Origin: a virus | Lineage: Duplodnaviria > Caudoviricetes | Strand: one strand, 5' to 3' | IMG/VR virus record: IMGVR_UViG_3300037075_000004 | Coordinates: 20,146-84,145 of that record | Length of the DNA stretch: 64,000 nt | Part shown: piece after piece, positions 55,293 through 64,000 of the stretch | How the letters are laid out: each line of letters starts with the position of its first letter | Position numbering within the stretch: position 1 is the stretch's first letter | Made by a program: the position numbers and the translations under genes | Notes under the pieces: generated by a model | Told to the model about the DNA's origin: nothing | The model's input: the letters and a program-made list of their open reading frames with translations, nothing else | Database searches by the model: none

Positions 55293-56520
55293 AGAACTGC
55301 TTGCATTTGTACACGATCCCCGTAATCCACAGGCAACATATGAACTGGCCTCGTGGTATTATCAGAAAGGTCATACGGCATCAGCACTCGCCTTCTATCT
55401 TCGCACAGTAGAGACTTCCAAGGACGACATACTTACTTACGAATGTTTATGTTTGGTGGGACTTTGCCTACTGAAGCAAGGAGATAGGTTATACCACGCC
55501 AAGGGAGCATTCCTACATGCCATCAACCTACTACCGATGCGCCCCGAAGCATATCACTTGATGAGCAGAACCTGCGAATGGAATAAGGAATGGCAGGATG
55601 CTTATACTTGGGCTAATTTAGGACTCCTGCAAGAAGTTGATATTGATCCTATTGTGGGATTGGAATATTATGGCAGGCAGGCGTTACTCTTTGAGAAGGC
55701 CGTAAGCGGATGGTGGATAAACAGGACAGATGAATGTCTGCTCATCCTTGTAGACCTGCAAAAGAACTACAAATTACCACTTAATATATCGGTGCTTGTT
55801 GAGCAGAATATAGCAAGTGTGTCCATGATAAGGGTGGGTACGGTAAACTACACTCCGCTCAGGCATGATGCCTTCAAGTATAAGTTCTCAGGTATCAGTG
55901 ATATTTACAATAACTATTCCCAGGCGATGCAGGATATGTTCGTACTATCAGTACTTAACGGGAAACGGAATGGCACTTATCTTGAAGTAGGAAGTAACGA
56001 CCCGTTTTATTTGTCAAATACCGCACTTCTTGAGAAGGATTTTGGATGGATGGGGGTGTCGATAGATATAAACAGGGATATGGTGGAGTCTTTTCGGCGC
56101 CAAAGGACTAATGTGTGCCTGCATGAAGACGCACTAAAAGCTGATTGGTACACGATATTGCAGAAGAATAATATGCCCGGCGATATAGACTACTTGCAAG
56201 TTGATTGTGACCCGCCAGAGAATAGTCTAAGCATCTTGTTTAATATACCATTTGACGACTATAGGTTCGGTGTTATCACTTTTGAGCATGATTATTACAC
56301 CCGTCCCGAGTCTGCCGTAAGGGCAAGGAGCAGGAATTTCTTGAGGCTATTAGGATATAAATTGATTGTTGCCAATGCCTCCGTTGGTGACCATCACGCT
56401 TTTGAGGATTGGTGGGTACATCCAGATTTGGTAGATAATAGCGTGGTAAACAGCATGATAGTGTCTGATAAGGATTTTGTGGATATTGATTCTTATTTCT
56501 TCGATCGCCCGCTAAAATAA
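55285..56520 (+). CDS. TPR-containing FkbM-type methyltransferase
   Basis: N-terminal TPRs (A.YELA..Y, P.RPEAY), then SQAMQD.FV...GTYLEVGS...SNT..LE...W.G...IDYLQVD, FEDWW. Confidence 0.8.
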   Translation: MNRELLAFVHDPRNPQATYELASWYYQKGHTASALAFYLRTVETSKDDILTYECLCLVGLCLLKQGDRLYHAKGAFLHAINLLPMRPEAYHLMSRTCEWNKEWQDAYTWANLGLLQEVDIDPIVGLEYYGRQALLFEKAVSGWWINRTDECLLILVDLQKNYKLPLNISVLVEQNIASVSMIRVGTVNYTPLRHDAFKYKFSGISDIYNNYSQAMQDMFVLSVLNGKRNGTYLEVGSNDPFYLSNTALLEKDFGWMGVSIDINRDMVESFRRQRTNVCLHEDALKADWYTILQKNNMPGDIDYLQVDCDPPENSLSILFNIPFDDYRFGVITFEHDYYTRPESAVRARSRNFLRLLGYKLIVANASVGDHHAFEDWWVHPDLVDNSVVNSMIVSDKDFVDIDSYFFDRPLK

Positions 56521-56812
56521 AAATATGTCTCGTTTTTCTTGGAAATCCCAAATATTCGTTTTAAATTTGGTGTGTACTAACATAAAATGAAATGAAAGAT
56601 AGGATACAGGGTGCAATACAAACGCCATTTAAACACAATGGTTGTATTATGAGTGGCAGTAGGCTTAATTTAAAATGGCTACAATTTAAACGATTATTTA
56701 TATCCCCAAGAATTCTATCTAAAAACTAATACAAGTAAGTAAAGGGTGGGAAACCATAGATTCTGTCGTGGTTTACGGCTAAATCGCCCGCTAAAGCAAC
56801 AAATCAATAACC

Positions 56813-57949
56813 ATGAACGAAACATTTGAAAAGGTAGTTATTCGCTCAGAAGCGGATTTACCAAAAACAGGAGAAAAATACTTTGTTGGTCTGAAAAATG
56901 GAAGAAGGGACTGTTATGCCTTTATGGATTGTGGGGATATAGAAGAGTGGATGGAAATGATTGACTGGTATCTTCGTCCTATTGTTGCCTCTCAGTTTCG
57001 CCCCTCTGCTCCGAGCAAAGATAAAATAATTGACCTTTGTGAAAGAGCATGGCAAGGCGCATTGAATAAACATAATGATCCCATGAATGCCCCAGGCTTT
57101 ACTTTATGGATGAAACAGAACATTTCAGAACTCACAGCGGTTGAGCCGGGAGAGAAAGACATGAGTAATTGTAAACTTGATATTTGCCTTTACCCGAAAC
57201 AAAACTGTCAGCTGTGTGATAATTATAAACCGGGAGATGGCGAAGTGTTTTATATTGGAGAACCCGATAAACCGAAACATTCAATAAAGGCTAAAGCATC
57301 ATCGATCCATCCCGATCCTGCCGAGGGCGAAGATGAGAAGCTTCGTACTCCTTCCAAAACAAATCTTAATGCTGCTGCTGTTGGTTTTACGGGACAGATA
57401 ATTAACACAACCGGTGGACAGGAATGGCAGCCCTCCCCCGATAAGCCTGTAAGCAATGCCGGGATGCCAAACGAGGAAGAAATAAAAGGACAAATAATTG
57501 CAATTTTACATAATCATGGTATTAACATAACTGTAATAAACGAAGAAGATTATGATGCTATTGTCTCAGAAATCGCAATATTTAAGTCTCACCTTCCTGC
57601 TAACCATGCAGGCAATAAGATCGAGCAATCCTCTCCGATAGACATATCAGATGAAGAGATTGAAAAATGGGCAGAAAATGAAATTAAATTACCAGACAAA
57701 GGTAAAATAGAACAACAATTTATTCCAATATTAGATTTTATTAATTCTATTATTATTTGTTATAGAACGGGATTACGAGAGGGTGCAAAATGGTATCGTT
57801 CCGAGATCAAGATAAAACTAAGAAATGAATTGGTGAAGTTTGCAAGATATGAAGATGATAAAACTGGACTGTCAAAGTATTTTCCATTAAACAATGATGA
57901 TAACATAAATAAGTTTGTCAATGAGTATCTCAAACAAAACAAGGAATAA
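56813..57949 (+). CDS. hypothetical mosaic protein
   Basis: 378 aa, patchwork of short domains and low-complexity linkers. Confidence 0.6.
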   Translation: MNETFEKVVIRSEADLPKTGEKYFVGLKNGRRDCYAFMDCGDIEEWMEMIDWYLRPIVASQFRPSAPSKDKIIDLCERAWQGALNKHNDPMNAPGFTLWMKQNISELTAVEPGEKDMSNCKLDICLYPKQNCQLCDNYKPGDGEVFYIGEPDKPKHSIKAKASSIHPDPAEGEDEKLRTPSKTNLNAAAVGFTGQIINTTGGQEWQPSPDKPVSNAGMPNEEEIKGQIIAILHNHGINITVINEEDYDAIVSEIAIFKSHLPANHAGNKIEQSSPIDISDEEIEKWAENEIKLPDKGKIEQQFIPILDFINSIIICYRTGLREGAKWYRSEIKIKLRNELVKFARYEDDKTGLSKYFPLNNDDNINKFVNEYLKQNKE

Positions 57950-58072
57950 TCACCTGCCCTGTCTGTGATAGGGTTTTATTCTCTCGTGCTTATTAGGGCA
58001 TTTGGCGTGCACCCCGGGTCGTTTGATTCGGGGTTTGCGTTGATATTTATGGGCACTCGGATTCTTGGTCAT

Positions 58073-58798
58073 CTAAAACTGGAAAAGATCGTAGCTCAGT
58101 CCAAATCCTATGAAAGGATCACCCTTTATATTGCCGGATATCTCCCATCCCCACCCAATTTCCGCCCCGATGCCCCATCGTTTTTTCTTCTGCGAATCCG
58201 ACTTATATGACTGCACGCTAATGGTATTGATATAAGTGTTTGGGGTTGTGACTGCTACAATGTTTGCCTTGGTTTGTTTACTGTAGCCGGTTATCACATT
58301 TACCGGCACATCCATACTTAGTTTGACCCCCAATAGCCCATCTTTATCAAAACTACCATTAAGAGATAGCCACTGATCTTTCTTAGAGAAGTTGAATGGT
58401 AATATAATGGCCTTGGTCGGGTTGGCTTTCTGAATTGTATCATGTATCACAATCACCTGTCCGTTATGAGGTACACTGAGAAGTGTGTCTATCTTGAATT
58501 TTAGTTTGGTGATCTCGGCGAGGTTCTTAATATTTAGCTCTCGCAGGTCTTTGTTCCGTAATCCTGCTTCTTCTAGTGCCTGTTTCTGTGAGACTATTTC
58601 CTGCTTTTTCTCAAAAATGGTCACAGAATCACCCGCAATCTTAGCCTTATATGTCAATATCTCGTTTTTGGCACTTTTAAGGTCATTTAAGGCACTCTTC
58701 TTGCCAGACGACCCAAGATACCACCCGGCAAAGAAAATGGCACAGATCAATCCAATGATGCCTAAAATTAGAAATTTACTGGACAGTTTGATTGACAT
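58073..58798 (-). CDS. lysis-cassette envelope protein (spanin-like)
   Basis: N-terminal TM, coiled coil, C-terminal amphipathic beta strands ending FQF; downstream of holin-like gene and endolysin. Confidence 0.55.
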   Translation of the reverse strand: MSIKLSSKFLILGIIGLICAIFFAGWYLGSSGKKSALNDLKSAKNEILTYKAKIAGDSVTIFEKKQEIVSQKQALEEAGLRNKDLRELNIKNLAEITKLKFKIDTLLSVPHNGQVIVIHDTIQKANPTKAIILPFNFSKKDQWLSLNGSFDKDGLLGVKLSMDVPVNVITGYSKQTKANIVAVTTPNTYINTISVQSYKSDSQKKKRWGIGAEIGWGWEISGNIKGDPFIGFGLSYDLFQF

Positions 58799-59027
58799 CT
58801 TTCGCCTCCATAGGTTTCTGGCCTAATTTTAGTCCTATAAACACTGCCGAACTAGCGGTGAAAAACGCCACCCCTTCCCCTACTGCCCATTTGAGCAGTA
58901 TAAAGCCTATTGTAGTCATTACGATAGACCATATTATGCCTATCACGAAGACTACCCTTGTCGAACTCTTCGTCCCGTTTGCTTCCTGAAAAAAATCTGC
59001 CGCCATATTAATTAAATTTACACCCAT
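58776..59027 (-). CDS. holin-like membrane protein
   Basis: 83 aa, two TMs after an SSTRV motif; adjacent to endolysin. Confidence 0.6.
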   Translation of the reverse strand: MGVNLINMAADFFQEANGTKSSTRVVFVIGIIWSIVMTTIGFILLKWAVGEGVAFFTASSAVFIGLKLGQKPMEAKDVNQTVQ

Positions 59028-59502
59028 CTACTCTTGCGAGCCATCCCTTAAGAAAAACTCGTAAAGTGGGCTTATTTTGTGCTAAAGTTACATAAAATAA
59101 TTTCCGTCGTTTCTTATACTCTTCGACTATATCGTCCTCAAAAGAACTTATGGCATTTGTAGTTATCTGCCCTATATAACCATCATCTATTGTACCTACC
59201 ATCCGCTGAAGCAATTTTATAGCGGTTCTCAAACCAACATTTACGGACATATCAAATAAATCCAAGATTAAATCAGGATTAGTTAGTAATTCAAAGTCTC
59301 CCTTTAGCCAGTAGTCCTGATAGTATATGTCTATCGCACGTTCCTTGGTGAGATTTCTTATGTCGAGTAGTGGGTATGATCGTTGCGAAACGCCCCAACG
59401 GGTGAGGCCGCCGGGATCAGACGGGTTCTCCACAATGGCGTCTCCGCCCTCATTCCGAAGGACGACTTCTATTACTCGGTTGAATATTTCTGGATATTCC
59501 AT
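59008..59502 (-). CDS. endolysin, glycoside hydrolase family 108
   Basis: NEGG...DPGGLTRWGV...Y..DYW...FD..VN.G...LQ..VG..DDG.IG...FLKGW.AR. Confidence 0.92.
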   Translation of the reverse strand: MEYPEIFNRVIEVVLRNEGGDAIVENPSDPGGLTRWGVSQRSYPLLDIRNLTKERAIDIYYQDYWLKGDFELLTNPDLILDLFDMSVNVGLRTAIKLLQRMVGTIDDGYIGQITTNAISSFEDDIVEEYKKRRKLFYVTLAQNKPTLRVFLKGWLARVDGCKFN

Positions 59503-59671
59503 CTTTCTTGTTTCTTTTAGTTAATGCAATCTTTAGCGGGCGTGGACACACCTCCGGGGGGATGGGCACGCAAATCCCGCTACCGTCCAAATCTGCGTCA
59601 GGATGTGGGCAGTCTTCTATATTTTCGCAGTAGTTACAAGCCTCGAAAGGGTAATCTACTTTACGCATCAT
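59450..59671 (-). CDS. small Cys-rich hypothetical protein
   Basis: CNYC...CPHP...C...CP; overlaps the endolysin start. Confidence 0.4.
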   Translation of the reverse strand: MMRKVDYPFEACNYCENIEDCPHPDADLDGSGICVPIPPEVCPRPLKIALTKRNKKDGISRNIQPSNRSRPSE

Positions 59672-59889
59672 TTTTTGATGAATTTAACATCAACAAGCCA
59701 TACAAGCACAACAAATGCCACACCAGCAAGGAATGAATATACTTCTTTGAAGTCCTTGTGGGGTATCAGAGCAAAACCAAGTAGTACTATGGCGGGGATC
59801 ACCCACCATTTGAAATACTTTTTAACAAAGGCCAGTGCTGCCTTGAGACCGGCCAGAGCTTTTGCTAAAAATGCTTTAATCTTTTCCAT
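59668..59889 (-). CDS. small membrane protein (holin-like)
   Basis: 73 aa, two TMs. Confidence 0.55.
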   Translation of the reverse strand: MEKIKAFLAKALAGLKAALAFVKKYFKWWVIPAIVLLGFALIPHKDFKEVYSFLAGVAFVVLVWLVDVKFIKK

Positions 59890-59894
59890 GTTTT

Positions 59895-60257
59895 TTAATT
59901 ATGATTATTATCATGTTCTGCAAGTAGTTTCTGCATCCTTGCCTCTAATTTTTTTATCCTCGTATCGTGTTCCTTGAGTTCAATCTGAATATTAGTTATT
60001 ATATCCTGAATCCTTTTTATAACCTTATTTTGCTCGTCAATCTTTTTGAATATCTTGGTGTTCTGCTCATCTATCAATTCCCGTACCACGCCAATAATTA
60101 TAGTGGCATGTTCGTCATAGGTTTTAGTGATAAATTCTTGTATTACTTCGTCCTGCCGGTCGAAACAGCGCTTCATAAAAAGTTGATCTGCGGGGGTGAA
60201 GGACATCTCCTTGCGGGCATCGTCTGACATTGGTATGTCACGGTAGTTATCGCTCAT
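59895..60257 (-). CDS. coiled-coil hypothetical protein
   Basis: 120 aa, heptad pattern in C-terminal half. Confidence 0.6.
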   Translation of the reverse strand: MSDNYRDIPMSDDARKEMSFTPADQLFMKRCFDRQDEVIQEFITKTYDEHATIIIGVVRELIDEQNTKIFKKIDEQNKVIKRIQDIITNIQIELKEHDTRIKKLEARMQKLLAEHDNNHN

Positions 60258-60291
60258 TTTATCTTCTTTATTTGAATGTTTATGTTTTTCT

Positions 60292-60711
60292 TTACTTCCT
60301 CTGCGTTTGCGCTATCGGCCGAATACTGTTGTTTTTTTTTGACTCAAAGGCATTCATCCAATTAAGAATATCATCTTTTGTTGCTGTGTTAATGATATGC
60401 TTGCCTAACTGTGTCTTTATTACCCCCACCGTGCCCGCTAAAGAGTTTATATCTTCTTTAGTCTGCCTCTGGTCAAATTTTATCTCTAATAACTGTATCC
60501 CAAAAGAATCTATCTTGGTCATAATCTCCTTCTGCTGTGTGATGATCTGCTCTTGCTTGGCCTCCTTATTATTCTTTTCCAGTATCTTCTTGTCGTGCTT
60601 GGCGATCACGAAAGTGGCACCGCTCGCTAAAGCTAAGAACACAGGGATAATCTTAATAATTATACTCAAGTCATTTATCCAAGTTAATATCTTTTGGAAT
60701 GTTATCTTCAT
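60292..60711 (-). CDS. TM plus coiled-coil protein
   Basis: 139 aa, one N-terminal TM. Confidence 0.6.
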   Translation of the reverse strand: MKITFQKILTWINDLSIIIKIIPVFLALASGATFVIAKHDKKILEKNNKEAKQEQIITQQKEIMTKIDSFGIQLLEIKFDQRQTKEDINSLAGTVGVIKTQLGKHIINTATKDDILNWMNAFESKKNNSIRPIAQTQRK

Positions 60712-60736
60712 ATTGTTGAGTTTAGAACCTTAGTCA

Positions 60737-62860
60737 CTATTTAAGTCTTACAACACCTATTGAATAATCTAATGTCGGCGGACATAATTCAGTTATATCT
60801 ACCCCGGCACTCCATGTAGCCAAATTGTCATTTGAAATTGAATATCGGGTCCTATAAGTAGAAGGAACGCCAAGAGTCCCTAAGTACAGGTAATATAATA
60901 TCCATGAATTTCCGCCGGTATTAAATATTGAATAACTTTCCGTCATACCAAGTCCCGCCCAGTCTCCTGTCTGTGTTATTGTCCAGTCATTTCCGGCAGT
61001 CCAGGGATCATGGGTACACCGAGCTAAACACATATAATGTGCATAATTAAACAGCATGTAGTAAACCCCGCCTATTAATACAACAGATTCATTGTATAGC
61101 GAATTTGCAGCACCATAACTAAAGAAATTAAAAGGTGTGCTCCATGTTGAAAAATCTGCTGCTGTGGGGTGTGTTTCAAACACTCTACACGGGTTGCTTG
61201 TTGAATCAAATAAAATATAATGAATATTATGATAATCCGATGGATCGTTGTTATCTACAAAAAAATCTCCCTGTCCACCATAAGGACTTGCAAATGCCGT
61301 TACATACGTCCAATCAAGACCGTTATAAGAAACAGCCACACCAATACTGTTTTCAGTAGGCTTTTCATGTGTCATTAACCAGTTTATCTCGCCTACCTGT
61401 GGAGTAATATTATTGTTACACTTATCTTTAACAAGTGGCAGGACTTTTGCATTCCCAAAATTTGTTGTCGGCCTACCTGTGTAAGTTACTTCATTTACAT
61501 AATGGAACTTCCCGTTATATGCGGGAGACTGTAGTAGATGAACAACATTGCTCCCATAGGTACTGCCAATCCCCATTGCATAATAGTCTCCCGACTTAAA
61601 CGGGAACCTGAGGCTTGCATTATTTTGTATTTCAGTAGTTGCTACCACTACATCCGAATCACTTAGTGCCGTAGAATAAACCCTTAGTTCTTTAATCCAG
61701 TCAGCGTTATAATAATATCCACCGCTACACGTTAATCCGAGATAAGTATGTCCGCTGTTTGTTAAATCATTACTCCCGACGGGAGTTGTATCTGTACCGG
61801 GAGAATTTTTCAAAACCCCATCAATAAAAACTCTAAATCCGGTTATATTGTTTCTCTTTACTGTTGCTGCAAAAACATAATTTGTTGGTTCGGCTTCGTT
61901 TATTTCATACCATACATAAACACCCGCTGTTCGTATCTGATAATTAAGTTTATTGTTGTTAAGTGCAAAACTAAATCCCGGAACACCTCCCATAGAACCA
62001 TTGGCAAATATGGCATGGTTCCCGCTATTATTCGTTCCTTTCTTTACATTGACCATAACAGTCTGGTCTCCTGTTCCTATTGCCAATGCGCCTGCGCCAA
62101 AGTCAACAGTCCCGTTGCTTATCAATTTCACACCATTTGTTTGGAATGCTAATTGTACTCCATTGGGCTGTATTGTCCCGTTTGGGCTACCATTGGCGAC
62201 ATCATAAACAGTAGTCATATTGATCCCGTCACCAAACATTACATACAATGCTCTCAGTGTATGCCAATATGCAGGTGCTTTCCCCCACTTCTCATTCGGA
62301 TATTTAAGTTTCAAAGGTGCATTTAAAGATAATACGCTGTCGGCCTTTGCTAATGTTAACCAAGGTTTTGCCCTTGTGCCATCACCGGTAGTGTCATTCC
62401 CATTAAATACATCAACAAAACTGTAACTCCCAACATTATTCGTAACTGCCTGTGTTTGGTTCCTTGGCACGTAATTAATGACAAGGGGATTACCATAAAT
62501 TACCTCTGTAGTTAACGTCAGGGTGAGTACACTACCGCTCCAAAAGTGACTATAAATTGTAAAGCCTGCAATAGTAAAATCATTTGCAACAGCAGTATTC
62601 GGACTACTAAAAGTAAGCACAACTTTTGTCGGTGCAACATCTTCAACCGTTGCTGAAATTAGTGTCCTCCAGTACAACTGAATATCGACGGAACTAATAT
62701 TCATCCAATCCACCCCTTCCGTCCCCGCAAATCCCGTTGCCGTTAATGTCTTATCGGTAAGAAGGTAACCACCAACAATATTCCTCCGAACTTTTGTTGT
62801 GCCGTCCGATAATTGGTTCCATGCCCCGTAATGCCCTTCTGTATAATCTCTATGACTCAT
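60737..62860 (-). CDS. multidomain tail/receptor-binding protein (LamG-like plus glycosidase-like propeller)
   Basis: GNDTTGDGTRAKPWLTLAKA motif, LamG-type FRVFIDGV...IKELRVYS.ALS, and a C-terminal propeller-like region. Confidence 0.65.
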   Translation of the reverse strand: MSHRDYTEGHYGAWNQLSDGTTKVRRNIVGGYLLTDKTLTATGFAGTEGVDWMNISSVDIQLYWRTLISATVEDVAPTKVVLTFSSPNTAVANDFTIAGFTIYSHFWSGSVLTLTLTTEVIYGNPLVINYVPRNQTQAVTNNVGSYSFVDVFNGNDTTGDGTRAKPWLTLAKADSVLSLNAPLKLKYPNEKWGKAPAYWHTLRALYVMFGDGINMTTVYDVANGSPNGTIQPNGVQLAFQTNGVKLISNGTVDFGAGALAIGTGDQTVMVNVKKGTNNSGNHAIFANGSMGGVPGFSFALNNNKLNYQIRTAGVYVWYEINEAEPTNYVFAATVKRNNITGFRVFIDGVLKNSPGTDTTPVGSNDLTNSGHTYLGLTCSGGYYYNADWIKELRVYSTALSDSDVVVATTEIQNNASLRFPFKSGDYYAMGIGSTYGSNVVHLLQSPAYNGKFHYVNEVTYTGRPTTNFGNAKVLPLVKDKCNNNITPQVGEINWLMTHEKPTENSIGVAVSYNGLDWTYVTAFASPYGGQGDFFVDNNDPSDYHNIHYILFDSTSNPCRVFETHPTAADFSTWSTPFNFFSYGAANSLYNESVVLIGGVYYMLFNYAHYMCLARCTHDPWTAGNDWTITQTGDWAGLGMTESYSIFNTGGNSWILYYLYLGTLGVPSTYRTRYSISNDNLATWSAGVDITELCPPTLDYSIGVVRLK

Positions 62861-64000
62861 TTTATCACTCCAATTTTGCCGCCCGATACTCCTATTTTAG
62901 CACCACTCTTCCCTGGTGAATAGATCGGTGTTTTGAATTGAATATCTATCCCGTATGCGGTACCAACACTGTTTGTTGCAAACGCTCTCATGTGATATGT
63001 GGTATTGGCACTTAACCCTGTTAGTGTTGCACTAAATGATCCCGTTGTACCCGCTATATGAACATGACTGTTCGCTGTTGTCGGGTTGGCTGATGTACCC
63101 CAGCAAATACCCCTGTCTGTTATAGTCGCCCCACCATCAGATGTTATATTACCTCCCGATGTGCCATTTCTTATTGTGTAAGGAGATACAAGATTTGAAT
63201 AAATGGTAGCCAGATAATCAACCTCGGGATCGGGTGCTACTCCCGTTATGACCCATGCCCAATCAACGCCCATATCGGGTACGGCACTCATCCCTTTGTA
63301 TACTCCGGCACCAATGAGATCAGAACCACCGGCAAGATGCCCAAACGATAACGTGGGCAGTTCTCCGTTTACGCCCCTCGGCCCGGCAAAGCCCGTTGTG
63401 TCAAGACTCACAAAGTCTGCATCCGTCACGGTAACCGTATCTGTATATACCCATCCCGGCCAACTTGGATCACCGGTTTTCTGTGTAGCATCCCAGTTAT
63501 TATGACTTTCGGGATATATCGAAGGACGATATATTGCTGCTTCGTAATCTATATTTTGGTAGGCTATGTTATTATAAAATTCAGAAGTACGGGGACGATA
63601 GGAATAATTTACATCACTGATAAATCCATATCTGTTATGATAGGAGAAATTGTTTACAAATAATGAGTTGTTCCTGTGGTAGGGTACATAATTGAGGTCA
63701 TAAAATCCAGCTCCCTTACAATTAACTGCCAAACAGTTTTTGATTATCCGCCAGTGACCCGTCCATGCACTGTCTGTTCTCCCCTGTGCGTAAATGACCG
63801 TTGCGGTGATCTTGAAACCATTCTTCTCCATATCGCCAAGATCATTATATTTTGTGCTGGGATTAGACCAGTTTGAATTATTCTCCACAACCATTGTCCC
63901 GCCAATATCATTACCATCATCCGAGAAATTCCAGAAACGGCATTCCTTGACAAGAAAATAAGCATTGGGTAGCGTATGAAGGGTATCATATTGAGTTGCC
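62857..64000 (-). CDS. pectate-lyase-like beta-helix tail protein with C-terminal FN3 (5' end outside window)
   Basis: The frame stays open from 63894 to the window end; Asn-ladder repeats, NNWD...GELP...HL..GSDLIGAG, then ITDRGICW...YHMRAFATN..GTAYG. Confidence 0.7.
   Translation of the reverse strand, partial: ATQYDTLHTLPNAYFLVKECRFWNFSDDGNDIGGTMVVENNSNWSNPSTKYNDLGDMEKNGFKITATVIYAQGRTDSAWTGHWRIIKNCLAVNCKGAGFYDLNYVPYHRNNSLFVNNFSYHNRYGFISDVNYSYRPRTSEFYNNIAYQNIDYEAAIYRPSIYPESHNNWDATQKTGDPSWPGWVYTDTVTVTDADFVSLDTTGFAGPRGVNGELPTLSFGHLAGGSDLIGAGVYKGMSAVPDMGVDWAWVITGVAPDPEVDYLATIYSNLVSPYTIRNGTSGGNITSDGGATITDRGICWGTSANPTTANSHVHIAGTTGSFSATLTGLSANTTYHMRAFATNSVGTAYGIDIQFKTPIYSPGKSGAKIGVSGGKIGVIK

Noticed and set aside
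56744-56796. GGTGG-GAAA-CCA hairpin resembling part of a ZTP riboswitch
   Set aside because: The upstream CUGGCG and downstream CGCCUGGG pseudoknot elements are missing; probably just a GNRA hairpin next to a decamer copy.
432-64000. Genome-wide stop-codon reassignment (as in some crAss-like phages)
   Set aside because: Large genes are intact under code 11, and the capsid TAG stop is followed directly by a terminator. Only one suspicious in-frame TAG (36425) was seen.

Overview
This 64 kb window is part of a large tailed dsDNA phage genome. No integrase, host housekeeping genes or prophage boundary are visible. The host is very probably a Bacteroidota: the TAnnTTTG -7 promoter box precedes many genes on both strands, leaders are A-rich, and DUF3127-like and Bacteroidota-type lysis genes are present. 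From left to right the window holds: (i) a minus-strand head module (870-aa TerL, 789-aa portal, 386-aa acidic scaffold, 489-aa capsid protein; sizes and order resemble crAss-like phages); (ii) an ~18.5 kb minus-strand glycan island with about ten glycosyltransferases (GT2, GT27-like, GT7, GT10, GT11, GT23, two GT25), Gmd, a DegT-type aminotransferase, GalE, GmhA/HddA/HddC, an acetyltransferase and three methyltransferases; (iii) a divergent control region at 35.4-36.1 kb with an atypical tRNA-like gene; (iv) plus-strand replication, recombination and early genes (YdaU-like initiator fragment, C5 DNA methyltransferase, SSB-like proteins, nucleases), with a dif-like site in a gene-poor kilobase; (v) a proline-free, Thr-rich collagen-like fibre gene followed by a glycosyltransferase and two methyltransferases; (vi) a minus-strand lysis cassette and carbohydrate-active tail proteins. 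The strongest signals are an apparent phage-encoded protein glycosylation system, a heavily over-represented and strand-skewed CTTTNGCGGG decamer, a dif-like site, and several candidate structured RNAs. All protein calls are by motif recognition only; no database searches were run.
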